Assembly (NCBI GenBank): GCA_965228735.1
Contig: OZ245838.1
Coordinates: 128,001-192,000, forward strand
Length of the DNA: 64,000 nucleotides
Direction of reading: 5' to 3'
Origin: Planctomycetota bacterium
GTDB taxonomy: Bacteria > Planctomycetota > UBA1135 > UBA2386
A model generated the notes under the pieces. The model was not told the DNA's origin, did no database searches, and worked only from the letters and a program-made list of their open reading frames with translations. The translations under genes were made by a program, and so were the position numbers. Shown in pieces: positions 19,129 through 28,348 of this stretch. Within the stretch, counting starts at the first letter, position 1. Each line of letters starts with the position of its first letter.

Positions 19129-19551
19129 ATGGCTGTGCCGGTCGGCGGGGACAATCCAAATGATGGCGACGATCCCGTCGATGACACCGGCGTTCCAGCG
19201 CCGAGCGGCACCACGCTGCGGCGCGTCGACGGCCCGCTCGAAGCCGGCGCGAGCCCGCCGGCCATCCAGCTGCTGCGCGAATACAAGGGGCTCACGCTCG
19301 CGGACCTCGAACGCGACGAGATCGTCGATCGCCTGCCCGGCCGCGTCCGCACCGCGTTGCACCACATCCGAGCCGGCGATCTGCAGGCCGCCGACGCGGC
19401 GCTGCCGGGGGAGTTCGCGGCCACTGGTAGCGTGTTGCCGGGGCCGGGCTCGACGGCCGCGACCCGCTCGCGCGCGCGGTTCGGGCTCGTGGTCTGGCTC
19501 ACCGTCACCGCCGTCATGCTCGCCGCCGTCCTCGCGTCGTATTGGTTTTGA
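19129..19551 (+). CDS. Hypothetical protein with C-terminal TM helix
   Basis: Genome-like codon usage; hydrophobic C-terminus FGLVVWLTVTAVMLAAVLASYWF. Confidence 0.55.
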   Translation: MAVPVGGDNPNDGDDPVDDTGVPAPSGTTLRRVDGPLEAGASPPAIQLLREYKGLTLADLERDEIVDRLPGRVRTALHHIRAGDLQAADAALPGEFAATGSVLPGPGSTAATRSRARFGLVVWLTVTAVMLAAVLASYWF

Positions 19552-19600
19552 GTCGACGCTTGTGAAAGCGCGCGCACATGCCGTTCATTAACCCCGCCGG

Positions 19601-20611
19601 ATGGAAGCGCCCGCCGAGATCGACCGCTCGCAGAACGAGCCCGACCGCTGCCTCGTGCCGCAGCTCAGTGTCGTCGTGCCGATCTACAACGAACGCGACA
19701 ACGTCGGGCCGCTGCACGAGTCGCTGACGTTCGCGCTCTCGGCGATGGATCGGCCGTACGAGATCGTGCTCGTCGATGACGGCAGTGAGGACGGGACGCG
19801 TGACAAGCTGCGTTCGATCGCGGCGACCGATGCGCACGTGCGGCTCGTCATGTTCCGCCGCAACTACGGTCAGACGGCCGCGATGGCCGCGGGCTTCCGC
19901 GCGTGCCGCGGCCGCATCGTCGTGTCGATGGACGGCGACCTGCAGAACGACCCGGCCGACATCCACCGGCTCGTAGCCAAGCTCGAGGAGGGTTTCGACG
20001 TCGTCTGCGGCTGGCGCAAGAATCGCCAGGATCGCGTCTCGACGCGCCTGCTGCCGAGCCTCATCGCCAACTTCCTGATCGCGCGGGTCACGGGCGCGCA
20101 CATCCACGACACCGGGTGTTCGCTCAAGGCCTACCGCAGCTGGGTCGTTCGCAGCCTCACGCTCTACTCCGACATGCACCGCTTCCTCGCGGCGCTCGGT
20201 GCGGGCATCGGCGCGCGCATCACGGAGCTGCCCGTGCGGCACCATGCGCGCCGCGCGGGCGAATCGAAGTACGGCCTAGGCCGCGTCTTTCGCGTGCTCG
20301 CCGACCTGATCGGCATCAAGATGCTGATTCAGTTCGCGGCGCATCCGATCCGCTGGTTCTCGCTGCTCGCGCTGCCGCTGTTCCTGATCGGCGGCTTCAT
20401 GATGTTGCTCGGGTTCGTGCAGGTCCGGCGCGGCGAGTGGGATTTCTTCCACGAGGGCGGCTTCGACATGGCGGCGATCGGCGCCGGCGCAGTCGGTTTG
20501 CTCTTCGCGGGGAACGTGTTCATGCTCGGCTTCCTCGCCGAGCTGCAGATCCGGGTGTCGCGCTTCTTCAAGGCCCGCACGGCGGTCACCGCGAAGGAGG
20601 CCAGCCAGTGA
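19601..20611 (+). CDS. GT2 polyprenol-phosphate glycosyltransferase (ArnC/DPM-synthase-like)
   Basis: SVVVPIYNE, VDDGSED, RNYGQTAA, MDGDLQNDP, HDTGCSLK, HRFL, GESKYG, two C-terminal TMs. Confidence 0.93.
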   Translation: MEAPAEIDRSQNEPDRCLVPQLSVVVPIYNERDNVGPLHESLTFALSAMDRPYEIVLVDDGSEDGTRDKLRSIAATDAHVRLVMFRRNYGQTAAMAAGFRACRGRIVVSMDGDLQNDPADIHRLVAKLEEGFDVVCGWRKNRQDRVSTRLLPSLIANFLIARVTGAHIHDTGCSLKAYRSWVVRSLTLYSDMHRFLAALGAGIGARITELPVRHHARRAGESKYGLGRVFRVLADLIGIKMLIQFAAHPIRWFSLLALPLFLIGGFMMLLGFVQVRRGEWDFFHEGGFDMAAIGAGAVGLLFAGNVFMLGFLAELQIRVSRFFKARTAVTAKEASQ

Positions 20612-22911
20612 GCGAGCACGCGCCCGCTGCTGCGGCTCCGCGATCCGGTGAGGCCCAGTCGGACGTCTCCGTCGTCGTCGTCTTCACGAGCAGTGACGTC
20701 GACGCGCACCCGGCGTCGATCGTCGAGCAGATCGGCCGCGCGCTGACCGATGCCGGGCTGTCCCACGAATTCGTGTTCGTCCTCGACGGCCCGGGCGGCC
20801 GCATCGAGCGCGAACTGCACGAACTCACCCCGGGCATCCACGCCGATGGCCCGAGCAGCGAGCCCACGATCGAGATCGTGCAGCTGCAGGGCGGTGGGCT
20901 CGGTGAATCGATCGCGCTGTCCGCGGGCGTCGAGCGCGCGCGCGGCCGCTACATCCTCAATCTGCCGGCCTACCTGCAGATGGAGCCCGATGACACGAGC
21001 AAGGTGGTCGCGGCGCTCGACGCCGGCGCCGATTGCGTCGCGACGTGGCGCGTCGCGCGCGTCGACCCGTGGCTCAACCAGCTGCAGTCGCGACTCTTCA
21101 ACCTGGTCCTGCGGATCATCATGAAGACGTCGTTCCATGACCTCAACTCGGGCACGCGCGGGTTCCGCCGCCAGGTGCTCGACGAGGTCTCGGTCTACGG
21201 CGAGCTCTACCGCTTCCTGCCCGTGCTCGCCCAGCGCCAGGGCTTCCGCACGGTCGAGGTCAAGGTTCGCCACCGCGAGGAGAAAGGGCGCGCGGGCTTC
21301 TACGGCGTCGGCGTCTACCTGCGGCGCATCCTCGACATCGTCGCGATCACGTTCCTCGCGCGGTTCACGCAGCGCCCGCTGCGGTTCTTCGGCTACCTCG
21401 GGTTCACGGCCTTCGTGGTCGGCGGCCTGATGGCCGCGTGGCCGCTCTACGAGAAGATGTTCGGGAACGAGGGGCTCAGCGATCAGCCGCTGTTCGTCGT
21501 CGGCGCCATCCTCGCGGCGTTCGGCGTGCAGCTCATCGGCTTCGGTCTCATCGGCGAGATCATCATCTTCACGCAGGCGCCCAACCTGCGCGGCTACAAG
21601 GTCGAGGACGTCGTCGAAGGGCTCGCGGAGTCCGCGCCCAAGCACCACGACCTGCCGCTCGTCGCGGAGCCGCAGCCGGTGGCCGGGGGCGACGCGGGGG
21701 CGACGGGCAAGGCTGCCGCGACTGCGCCCGCGCCGGCAGTAGAACCCGAGACCGAACCCGAGACCGAATCCGAAGCCGACCCCGAACCGAACGGCGAACC
21801 GAAGCCGGGTGCGGAGGCCGGCCCCGACCGCAACGGCCACGCCGAGACGGCGATCGCAGCGCCGACCGAGGCCGACCCGCCGACCCGCGTGCGCGAGATC
21901 CTGCCGGGCGAGGACGCGCGCTGGGACGCGTTCGTGAGCCGACACCCGCAGGGCACGTTCTTCCATCTCACAGGTTGGTCGCGCGTCGTGCAGCAGACGT
22001 TTCGGCACGCATCGCACCACCTCGTCGTCGAACGCGGTCGCCAGTGGCTCGGCGTGCTGCCCCTGTTCGAGGCGAAGAGTCCGTTCCTCGGCCGCAACTT
22101 CGTCAGCACGCCGTACGCGGTCTACGGCGGGGTGCTCGCCGAGTCGGTGCCGGCGCAGGACGAGTTGCTGGCGCACGCCGCCGCGCTCGGACGCGAGCAC
22201 GCGGCGGGCTACGTCGAGCTCCGCCACCTCGAGGAGCGGCCGGGCGAACGTCCGACCTCGCCGCTCTACGTCACGTATCGGTGCGATCTGCCCGACGACC
22301 CGGCGGCCGTGCTGCCGTCGCTGCCGAAGAAGGCGCGCGCCGAGTGTCGCTACGCGATCAAGGCCGGCGTCGAGGTCCGCGATGACGGCACGGTCGACCA
22401 GCTCTACGAGTTGTTCTCGATCAACAAGCGCCGACTCGGTTCGCCGGCGCTGCCGCGCCGGTGGTTCCACGCGCTCGTCGAGGAGTTCGGCAAGGCGGTC
22501 GTCATCCACCGCGCCGTCGATGCCGCCGGCACGACGCTCGCGGCGGTCATGAGCTTCTGCTTCAAGGACACGGTCTACGCCTACTACTCGGGCGCGCTCG
22601 ACCGGGCCAACGACAAGGGCGTCAACAACCAGATCTACTGCGGCATCATGGAATGGGCCGCCGCCAAGGGTTACGCGCGGTTCGACTTCGGGCGCAGCCG
22701 TGCCGACTCCGGGCCGGCCCGCTTCAAGAAGCACATGGGCTTCGTCGCCGAGCCGCTGCACTACGAGTATCTGCTCGTGGGCGACGGCGCGAAGATCCCC
22801 GAGTTCCACCCCGGCAACCCGCGCCTCGCGCTGCCGCGGCGCCTGTGGTCGCGCCTGCCGATGTTCGTGACCAACCGACTCGGCGCTCGACTGTCGCGCT
22901 ACCTGCCGTAG
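20608..22911 (+). CDS. Fusion: degenerate GT2 (ArnC-like) + acidic linker + FemAB-like GNAT domain
   Basis: The N-terminal half parallels the upstream GT2 (HDLNSGTR, LYRFLPVLA, two TMs). C-terminal WDAFVSRHPQGTFFH, STPYAVYGG, YYSG, FDFGRS, FKKHMG resemble FemAB-related PEP-CTERM-associated proteins. Confidence 0.82.
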   Translation: MSEHAPAAAAPRSGEAQSDVSVVVVFTSSDVDAHPASIVEQIGRALTDAGLSHEFVFVLDGPGGRIERELHELTPGIHADGPSSEPTIEIVQLQGGGLGESIALSAGVERARGRYILNLPAYLQMEPDDTSKVVAALDAGADCVATWRVARVDPWLNQLQSRLFNLVLRIIMKTSFHDLNSGTRGFRRQVLDEVSVYGELYRFLPVLAQRQGFRTVEVKVRHREEKGRAGFYGVGVYLRRILDIVAITFLARFTQRPLRFFGYLGFTAFVVGGLMAAWPLYEKMFGNEGLSDQPLFVVGAILAAFGVQLIGFGLIGEIIIFTQAPNLRGYKVEDVVEGLAESAPKHHDLPLVAEPQPVAGGDAGATGKAAATAPAPAVEPETEPETESEADPEPNGEPKPGAEAGPDRNGHAETAIAAPTEADPPTRVREILPGEDARWDAFVSRHPQGTFFHLTGWSRVVQQTFRHASHHLVVERGRQWLGVLPLFEAKSPFLGRNFVSTPYAVYGGVLAESVPAQDELLAHAAALGREHAAGYVELRHLEERPGERPTSPLYVTYRCDLPDDPAAVLPSLPKKARAECRYAIKAGVEVRDDGTVDQLYELFSINKRRLGSPALPRRWFHALVEEFGKAVVIHRAVDAAGTTLAAVMSFCFKDTVYAYYSGALDRANDKGVNNQIYCGIMEWAAAKGYARFDFGRSRADSGPARFKKHMGFVAEPLHYEYLLVGDGAKIPEFHPGNPRLALPRRLWSRLPMFVTNRLGARLSRYLP

Positions 22912-22934
22912 CGTTTCGGGTCATCCGTCGGACC

Positions 22935-23174
22935 ATGGAACAAAAGAACGTCGAACACACGAAGTGGTCACCGGGCCTCATCGGCTTCTACTTGAGCTGC
23001 GCCGGCACGGCGATGGGCTCGACGATCGCCGCGTCCGGCTGGTTCTTCTTCGGCTCGCGCGGCGCGATCGTCTTCGGCGCGATCATGGCCGGCATCTCGA
23101 TGGTGACGTGCTACTACTCGCTGCGCGCGGCGCGGCGACCGCAGTCGTCCCCGGGCGCCGGCGATCAGGGCTGA
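22935..23174 (+). CDS. Small two-TM membrane protein
   Basis: MEQKNVEHTKWSPGLIGFYL...; two hydrophobic segments. Confidence 0.6.
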   Translation: MEQKNVEHTKWSPGLIGFYLSCAGTAMGSTIAASGWFFFGSRGAIVFGAIMAGISMVTCYYSLRAARRPQSSPGAGDQG

Positions 23175-23743
23175 GCGAGATACCAGTCAGCGAGATACCA
23201 ATCCACGGCCGCTGCGAGGTCGTCGGCTTCGTGGTCGGGCGCGAACCCCGCATCCCGCAGCTTCGCCGACTCGGCCGCGAACGGTTTGCCCGAACGCACG
23301 TGCACCGTGCGGAGCGGCAGATCGCGTCCCATGAGAACGTCGCGCGCCGCGTCGCCGACGAGCAGGCCGTTCTCGAACGCCACACCGAGCACGTCGCGAG
23401 CGCGATGCAGCAGCCCGGGCTGCGGTTTGCGGCAGTCGCAGGGTCCACCCCACGGTCCGGCCTCGTCGGGATGGTGCGGGCAGTGCAGGTAGGCGAGCGG
23501 CAGGCGGTCGAGCTGGTCGTGCAGCACGGCGTGCATGTGGGCGAGGTCCCGCTCGTCGTAGAGCCCGCGCGCGATGCCGCTCTGGCTCGTCACGACGACG
23601 ATGCGACAGCCCGCGTCGTGCAGGCGATGCAGCGCGTCGCGCACGCCGGGGAGGACGACGAGCTGCTCCGGGTTCGTGACGAACCCCTGCTCCCGGTTGA
23701 TCGTGCCGTCGCGATCGAGGAACGCCGTCCGCCGCGCCGTCAC
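23165..23743 (-). CDS. gmhB: HAD-IIIA phosphatase, GmhB/HisB-N-like
   Basis: FLDRDGTIN, VVTSQSGIARG, CPHHP...CDCRKPQPG, VGD. Confidence 0.85.
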   Translation of the reverse strand: MTARRTAFLDRDGTINREQGFVTNPEQLVVLPGVRDALHRLHDAGCRIVVVTSQSGIARGLYDERDLAHMHAVLHDQLDRLPLAYLHCPHHPDEAGPWGGPCDCRKPQPGLLHRARDVLGVAFENGLLVGDAARDVLMGRDLPLRTVHVRSGKPFAAESAKLRDAGFAPDHEADDLAAAVDWYLADWYLAQP

Positions 23744-24258
23744 TGCGAACTGCGGTCGTCGCCGTTCTCGACGTTCGGACTCCGAGGATCGAGGTTCCCG
23801 TTGCGTCGGGCCTCGAGCAGCTCGAAGCCGAGCAAGGGCTCGTCCTCACGATAGAGCTTGACGTGGAGCTCACCCGGGACGATCGCGCCGCGGACGCCGA
23901 ACGGGAAGAGGAAGTCGCCGAGCGTCCAGAAGATCGGCAGCGGCGGCATGCTCAGGTCCTGAGAGGCGCCGTCGATCCACTTGCTCGTGTAGCCCTCGGT
24001 GTGCTGGTAGATCCGGCGCTCGACGGGGCGGTAGCCGGCCTTCTCGAAGCGCACGTCGTGGTCGTTCCCGAAGTTGCCGCCGAGTCGCAGCTTGGCCGGC
24101 GTCGTGCGGCCGGTGTCGGTGCCGTCGACGAAGATCCGCGCTCCGAGCGGGTCACTCGTGAACAGCACGTCGTCCTGGCTCGAGAACCAGGTGCAGCCGG
24201 GGGCGGTCACGAGCAGCGCCAGGGCGAGCAGGAGTTGCAGCGGCGAGAGGCGACGCAT
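23740..24258 (-). CDS. PEGA-domain lipoprotein
   Basis: Lipobox-like TAPGC; TSDPLGARIFVDG..TGRTTP, FEKAGY. ATG 7 nt after TACCAT. Confidence 0.8.
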   Translation of the reverse strand: MRRLSPLQLLLALALLVTAPGCTWFSSQDDVLFTSDPLGARIFVDGTDTGRTTPAKLRLGGNFGNDHDVRFEKAGYRPVERRIYQHTEGYTSKWIDGASQDLSMPPLPIFWTLGDFLFPFGVRGAIVPGELHVKLYREDEPLLGFELLEARRNGNLDPRSPNVENGDDRSSQ

Positions 24259-24463
24259 GGCAGGCATGGTATCGGCAGCGATCCCCGGTGGGGCAGTGCC
24301 GATCCGGCCGAATCCCGCGCGGCCCCGGAGACGACCATCCAACCCGGAGTTGGTGCGGACCGGACAATCCGGTATCATCGGGCCGGTCTTACTGGGCTCC
24401 GACCAGCCGGTCAGCTGCCGGAGCCAGGCGTTTCGTGCCCCAACGCGGGGCCTTGGAGGTTCG

Positions 24464-25681
24464 ATGTTCGGTCGTTCGATGGTCTGCACTTCTTCGGTTG
24501 CCAGCGCTGCTGCTGGCGCCCTCGCCTTGCTCCTGTCCGGTTCGCTGGCGGCCCAAGATCCGGCCGGGACCGGACCGGCCGCGAATGGGCCGGCCGCGAC
24601 AGAACCGGCCGCGACAGAACCGGCTGCGACTGGCACGCCCGCGCCGGCCGGTGATGCGCCGCCGCGCTACGGCCGCATCCTCGCCGACGAGGCGCGCCTC
24701 TACTGCTGGCCGAGCGCCGTGCTCGCGCCGCCGCAGTTCGAGGACACGCTGCAGAAGGACCAGGTCGTGCAGCTCGGGCGCACCGAGGGCAAGTTCCTGC
24801 AGGTCATCCTGCCGCTCGGTCCGACGGGCTACGTGAGCAAGCGCTTCGCCGCCGCCGACGACGCGGGCGTCGTGCGGAGCAAGGGCAGCAAGGTCGCGTT
24901 CCGCTACCGCATGCGCACGACCGAGGCGCCCGTGACGCAGCTCGCGGACGGCACGGAGCTGTTCGTGATCGGCGAGGAAGAGGACTGGTGGCAGGTACGG
25001 CTGCCGAGCGTCGAGTCGTGGCTGCCGGCCGAGCAGGTCGCGGTCGCGGACGCGACGGATCCGGCCGTGACCAAGGCCTGGGCGGCGAGCAAGGCCGACT
25101 ACCGCGGCGCGATCTCGGCCCGGCTCGAGGCGATCGCCGCCCGGAAGGCCAAGGCCGCGCAGGACAAGGCCGACGCCGACGCCGTCGGGATGGTCGAGGA
25201 GGCGTTCCGCAAGGAGCTCGAGAAGCCCGAGGCCGATCGTCAGCTCGCGGGGCTCATGACGGCGCTCGACAAACTCGAGGGCACGTTGTCCGAAGAATCG
25301 AGCGCGGCGCCGCTCGTCGCGAGCCTGCGCAAGCGCATCCAGATGCAGCAGTGGATCGCCGAGGCGACCGTCGTCGCGAAGGAAGAACCGAAGCCGGCCG
25401 AGAACGTCGACGTTCGGGTGCAGCCCAAGGACGCGCTCGAGCGCTTCCAGTCGATCGGCTGGCTGCGCTACCAGAGCCGCCTCGGCGGCGTCGGCTACTT
25501 CTTCCTCGAGAAGGGCGGCGTGCGGCTGCACAACATCACGTGCTCGACGGGGCGCTACGACATGTCGCTGTTCGTCGACTGCGAGGTCGCGATCCAGGGG
25601 CCGGTGCGGCGCCCATCGACCGCGGCCTTCAGCGAGATGGACACCGAGCGCCTCGAAGTGCTCGGCCACAGCCGCCGCTGA
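24464..25681 (+). CDS. Exported protein with tandem SH3b-like domains and a coiled coil
   Basis: GGAGG RBS; signal peptide; LADGTELFVIGEEEDWWQVRLP...WLP and GYVSK SH3b-like patterns. Confidence 0.65.
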   Translation: MFGRSMVCTSSVASAAAGALALLLSGSLAAQDPAGTGPAANGPAATEPAATEPAATGTPAPAGDAPPRYGRILADEARLYCWPSAVLAPPQFEDTLQKDQVVQLGRTEGKFLQVILPLGPTGYVSKRFAAADDAGVVRSKGSKVAFRYRMRTTEAPVTQLADGTELFVIGEEEDWWQVRLPSVESWLPAEQVAVADATDPAVTKAWAASKADYRGAISARLEAIAARKAKAAQDKADADAVGMVEEAFRKELEKPEADRQLAGLMTALDKLEGTLSEESSAAPLVASLRKRIQMQQWIAEATVVAKEEPKPAENVDVRVQPKDALERFQSIGWLRYQSRLGGVGYFFLEKGGVRLHNITCSTGRYDMSLFVDCEVAIQGPVRRPSTAAFSEMDTERLEVLGHSRR

Positions 25682-25723
25682 GTCGGCGCACCATCGAAAC
25701 GGGCGCCGCGCATCGCCCATGCC

Positions 25724-27463
25724 GTGGGGCGCTCTGCGCGCCCCCGGTTTCGGATCAGCGCGGCCGGTCGCGTTGCCGATCTGCAGAACGTGCATCGTTC
25801 GTGGTTCGGCCTGGCGTCCCGACGCCATCGGTGGGGTGTCGCCGCTCTGATCGCGACGCTCGCCACGGCGCTGTGTCCGGCGCAGGAGCCCGTGAGCGGC
25901 GATCCGGACGGGCCTCGAACGCCCGATTCCGAGACGCCGTCGCCCGTCGTCGGGTCGCCGCCCGAGCCCCGGTCGGTGCCCGGCCTGCCGGTGCCTGGCG
26001 GCGAGGTCGCGTCGATGTGGTGGCAGCGCGAGGGGCGCCGCCGGCTGGACGCCGAAGACCCGTGGCTGGCCTGGCAGCTGTTCCAGCGCGCGGCGACGGT
26101 CGCGCCGCCCGGGCCGCCGGACGTCGGGCAGTTGCTCGGGCTCGGCGAGTCCCACCTCATGCTCGGCCGCGCGGCGTTCGCGCGGCGCTACGCGGAGCGC
26201 GTCGTCGCGCGCGAGGACGACAACCAGGACGGCATGGCGTTGTGCGTGCGCGCTTTGATCCGGGCCCGCGCGTTCGACCTCGCCGTCACCCGGTCGCGCC
26301 GCTACGTCGACAGCGTGCCGCTGCCGGCGCCCGAACTGCTCGCCGCGCGCGGCTCGGCGCTGTTCCGGGTGCAGCGCATCGACGAATCAGCCGCGGTCTA
26401 TCGGCGCGTCTGTGCGCTCGCCCCGCGGCACCCGGAGGCCAACCTGCGGCTCGGCTCCGGCCTGACCGCGCCCGTCGAGATCGACGTCTCGTCGAATCTG
26501 CGGTCCGCGGTCATCGCGAGCCGCGCCGGCAAGCACGATCGCGCGATCGAGCTGCTGCTCGAGGTCCTGCAGGACGAGCCCGGCAATCCGATCGCGCACC
26601 GGCTGCTCGGCGAAGCGCTCTACAACGATCGCGCGACGATGGCGATGGCGTCGACGGACGCGGCGTTCGCCGCGCTGCGGGACGCGATGCCGGTGCCCTA
26701 CGTGCGGGGCCTGCCCGTCGCGGCGTTCGTCGTCGGCTACGACGAGCTGTCGCCGAGTCGCCGCCGCGTCGTCGACCGCACCGCGGCGCTGTTCGCGCGC
26801 CACCTCGGCAAGCTCGTCGCGATCGGCAGTCGCCACCAGCTGCTGCTCGAGCTCGAACGCACGACCGACGCGAAGTCGCGGCAGTCGCTGCGCGGTCAGC
26901 GCACGTTCGACGGGCGGGTCTGGGACGATGTGCGCGGGATCGGCGGGCTGCAGGCGGCCACGGGAATCGAGAGCCTCGACGAGGCGGCGCAGTTCGGGTT
27001 CGACACGATCGCGCACGAGGTCGCGCACCAGGTGCACTTCTACGCGTTCACGCCGCTGCAGCGCGCGAAGATCAAGCGGCTCTACAAGACCGCGCTGCGC
27101 GAGAACAGGTGTCTGGACTTCTACGCGGCGAGCAACGAGGCCGAGTACTTCGGGCAGGGTGTCGAGGCGTTCGTGAGTCTCGGCAAGCGACCGGGCTGCG
27201 AGACGACGCACGGCCACACGCGGTTCGAGCTCTTCGCCATGGATCCCGCGCTGCACGACTTCATCGCCGGCCTCGTCGACGACGATCCACTGCGGGACTT
27301 CCGGCGGCGCGAGGCGATCCTCGCGGCCGCGACCGCCGTGGCGCTGCGCTGCGGCCGCCCGTCCGACGCGATGGTGGCGCTCGGCTGGATGGAGCCGAGC
27401 CCGGAACGGGAGCGCCTCGCGCGGGCGGCCGAGACGGCGCTCGCGGCCGCCACGACGCGTTGA
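25724..27463 (+). CDS. TPR protein with C-terminal zincin metallopeptidase (ATLF/PPEP-like)
   Basis: TPR-like repeats; WDDVRGIGG, HEVAH (HExxH), YAASNEAEYFGQGVEAF; start uncertain. Confidence 0.75.
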   Translation: MGRSARPRFRISAAGRVADLQNVHRSWFGLASRRHRWGVAALIATLATALCPAQEPVSGDPDGPRTPDSETPSPVVGSPPEPRSVPGLPVPGGEVASMWWQREGRRRLDAEDPWLAWQLFQRAATVAPPGPPDVGQLLGLGESHLMLGRAAFARRYAERVVAREDDNQDGMALCVRALIRARAFDLAVTRSRRYVDSVPLPAPELLAARGSALFRVQRIDESAAVYRRVCALAPRHPEANLRLGSGLTAPVEIDVSSNLRSAVIASRAGKHDRAIELLLEVLQDEPGNPIAHRLLGEALYNDRATMAMASTDAAFAALRDAMPVPYVRGLPVAAFVVGYDELSPSRRRVVDRTAALFARHLGKLVAIGSRHQLLLELERTTDAKSRQSLRGQRTFDGRVWDDVRGIGGLQAATGIESLDEAAQFGFDTIAHEVAHQVHFYAFTPLQRAKIKRLYKTALRENRCLDFYAASNEAEYFGQGVEAFVSLGKRPGCETTHGHTRFELFAMDPALHDFIAGLVDDDPLRDFRRREAILAAATAVALRCGRPSDAMVALGWMEPSPERERLARAAETALAAATTR

Positions 27464-27534
27464 CGGGCTGGCGCGCCTGAGCGCGGTACCGCGGCGGCTG
27501 TAACCAACGGCGCCGGCAACGCCACAGTGAGGGC

Positions 27535-28224
27535 ATGGAGGTCTCCCTCTCACCCGTCGCGCCGCGTTACGGTCCGCGCGAGCGCCTGGCGCAGCTCGGC
27601 GAATCGCGCCTCAGCGACGCGGAGTGCATCGCGCTCATCCTGCGCACGGGCGCGCGCGGGGAGACCGCCGAGCAACTCGGGCAGCGCATGCTGCGGCGAT
27701 TCGGTGGTGTCGCGGGACTCGCGAGTGCGCGCGTGCACGAACTCGCGCAGGAACCGCGGGTCGGGCCGGTGCGCGCCGCGGCGATCGTCGCGGCGTTCGG
27801 CCTCGCGCGGCGGCTGACGGAGGTCGAACTGCGACCTGGTCGGGTGGTCCGGCACGCGACCGAGGTCGCGCGTCTGATTCGCGACTCGGTTCGCGGGGCC
27901 CGGCGGGAGAGCTTCTTCGCGCTGCTGCTCGACGCTCGCCACCACGTTCTCACGCTGCACGTCGTGAGCACGGGCAGTGTCGACGCTGCGCCCGTGCATC
28001 CGCGCGAGGTCTTCGCGCCGGCGATCCGTGACAGCGCTGCGGCCGTCATCGTCGCGCACAATCACCCGACGGGCGATCCGTCGCCGAGCGCCGACGATCG
28101 GCGCGTGACGGAGCGGCTGCGCGAGGTCGGGACCCTCGTCGGGATCACCCTGCTGGATCATCTCGTCGTCGGGGAAGACCGGTTCTACTCGTTCGCGGAC
28201 GAGGCGATTCGCCCCATCGTTTGA
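27535..28224 (+). CDS. radC: RadC (JAB domain) family protein, full length
   Basis: PRERL, LSDAECIALILRTG, VHPREVF, AHNHPTGDPSPS, LLDHLVVG. Confidence 0.95.
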   Translation: MEVSLSPVAPRYGPRERLAQLGESRLSDAECIALILRTGARGETAEQLGQRMLRRFGGVAGLASARVHELAQEPRVGPVRAAAIVAAFGLARRLTEVELRPGRVVRHATEVARLIRDSVRGARRESFFALLLDARHHVLTLHVVSTGSVDAAPVHPREVFAPAIRDSAAAVIVAHNHPTGDPSPSADDRRVTERLREVGTLVGITLLDHLVVGEDRFYSFADEAIRPIV

Positions 28225-28348
28225 GTCGCCCGGCGCCGGTTCCCCGGTCGGAGCGGTCCGCGCCGCGGATTTCTGTCAGAATCTCCCGAAGATCCCGCGG
28301 CGGCCGGTTCCTCCCTCCTGACCGACGACCCGACCAGCAAGGGCCACG

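Noticed and set aside
27535..28224. radC as a marker of a mobile island
   Set aside because: It is the full-length chromosomal form; no integrase, att site or tRNA is nearby.
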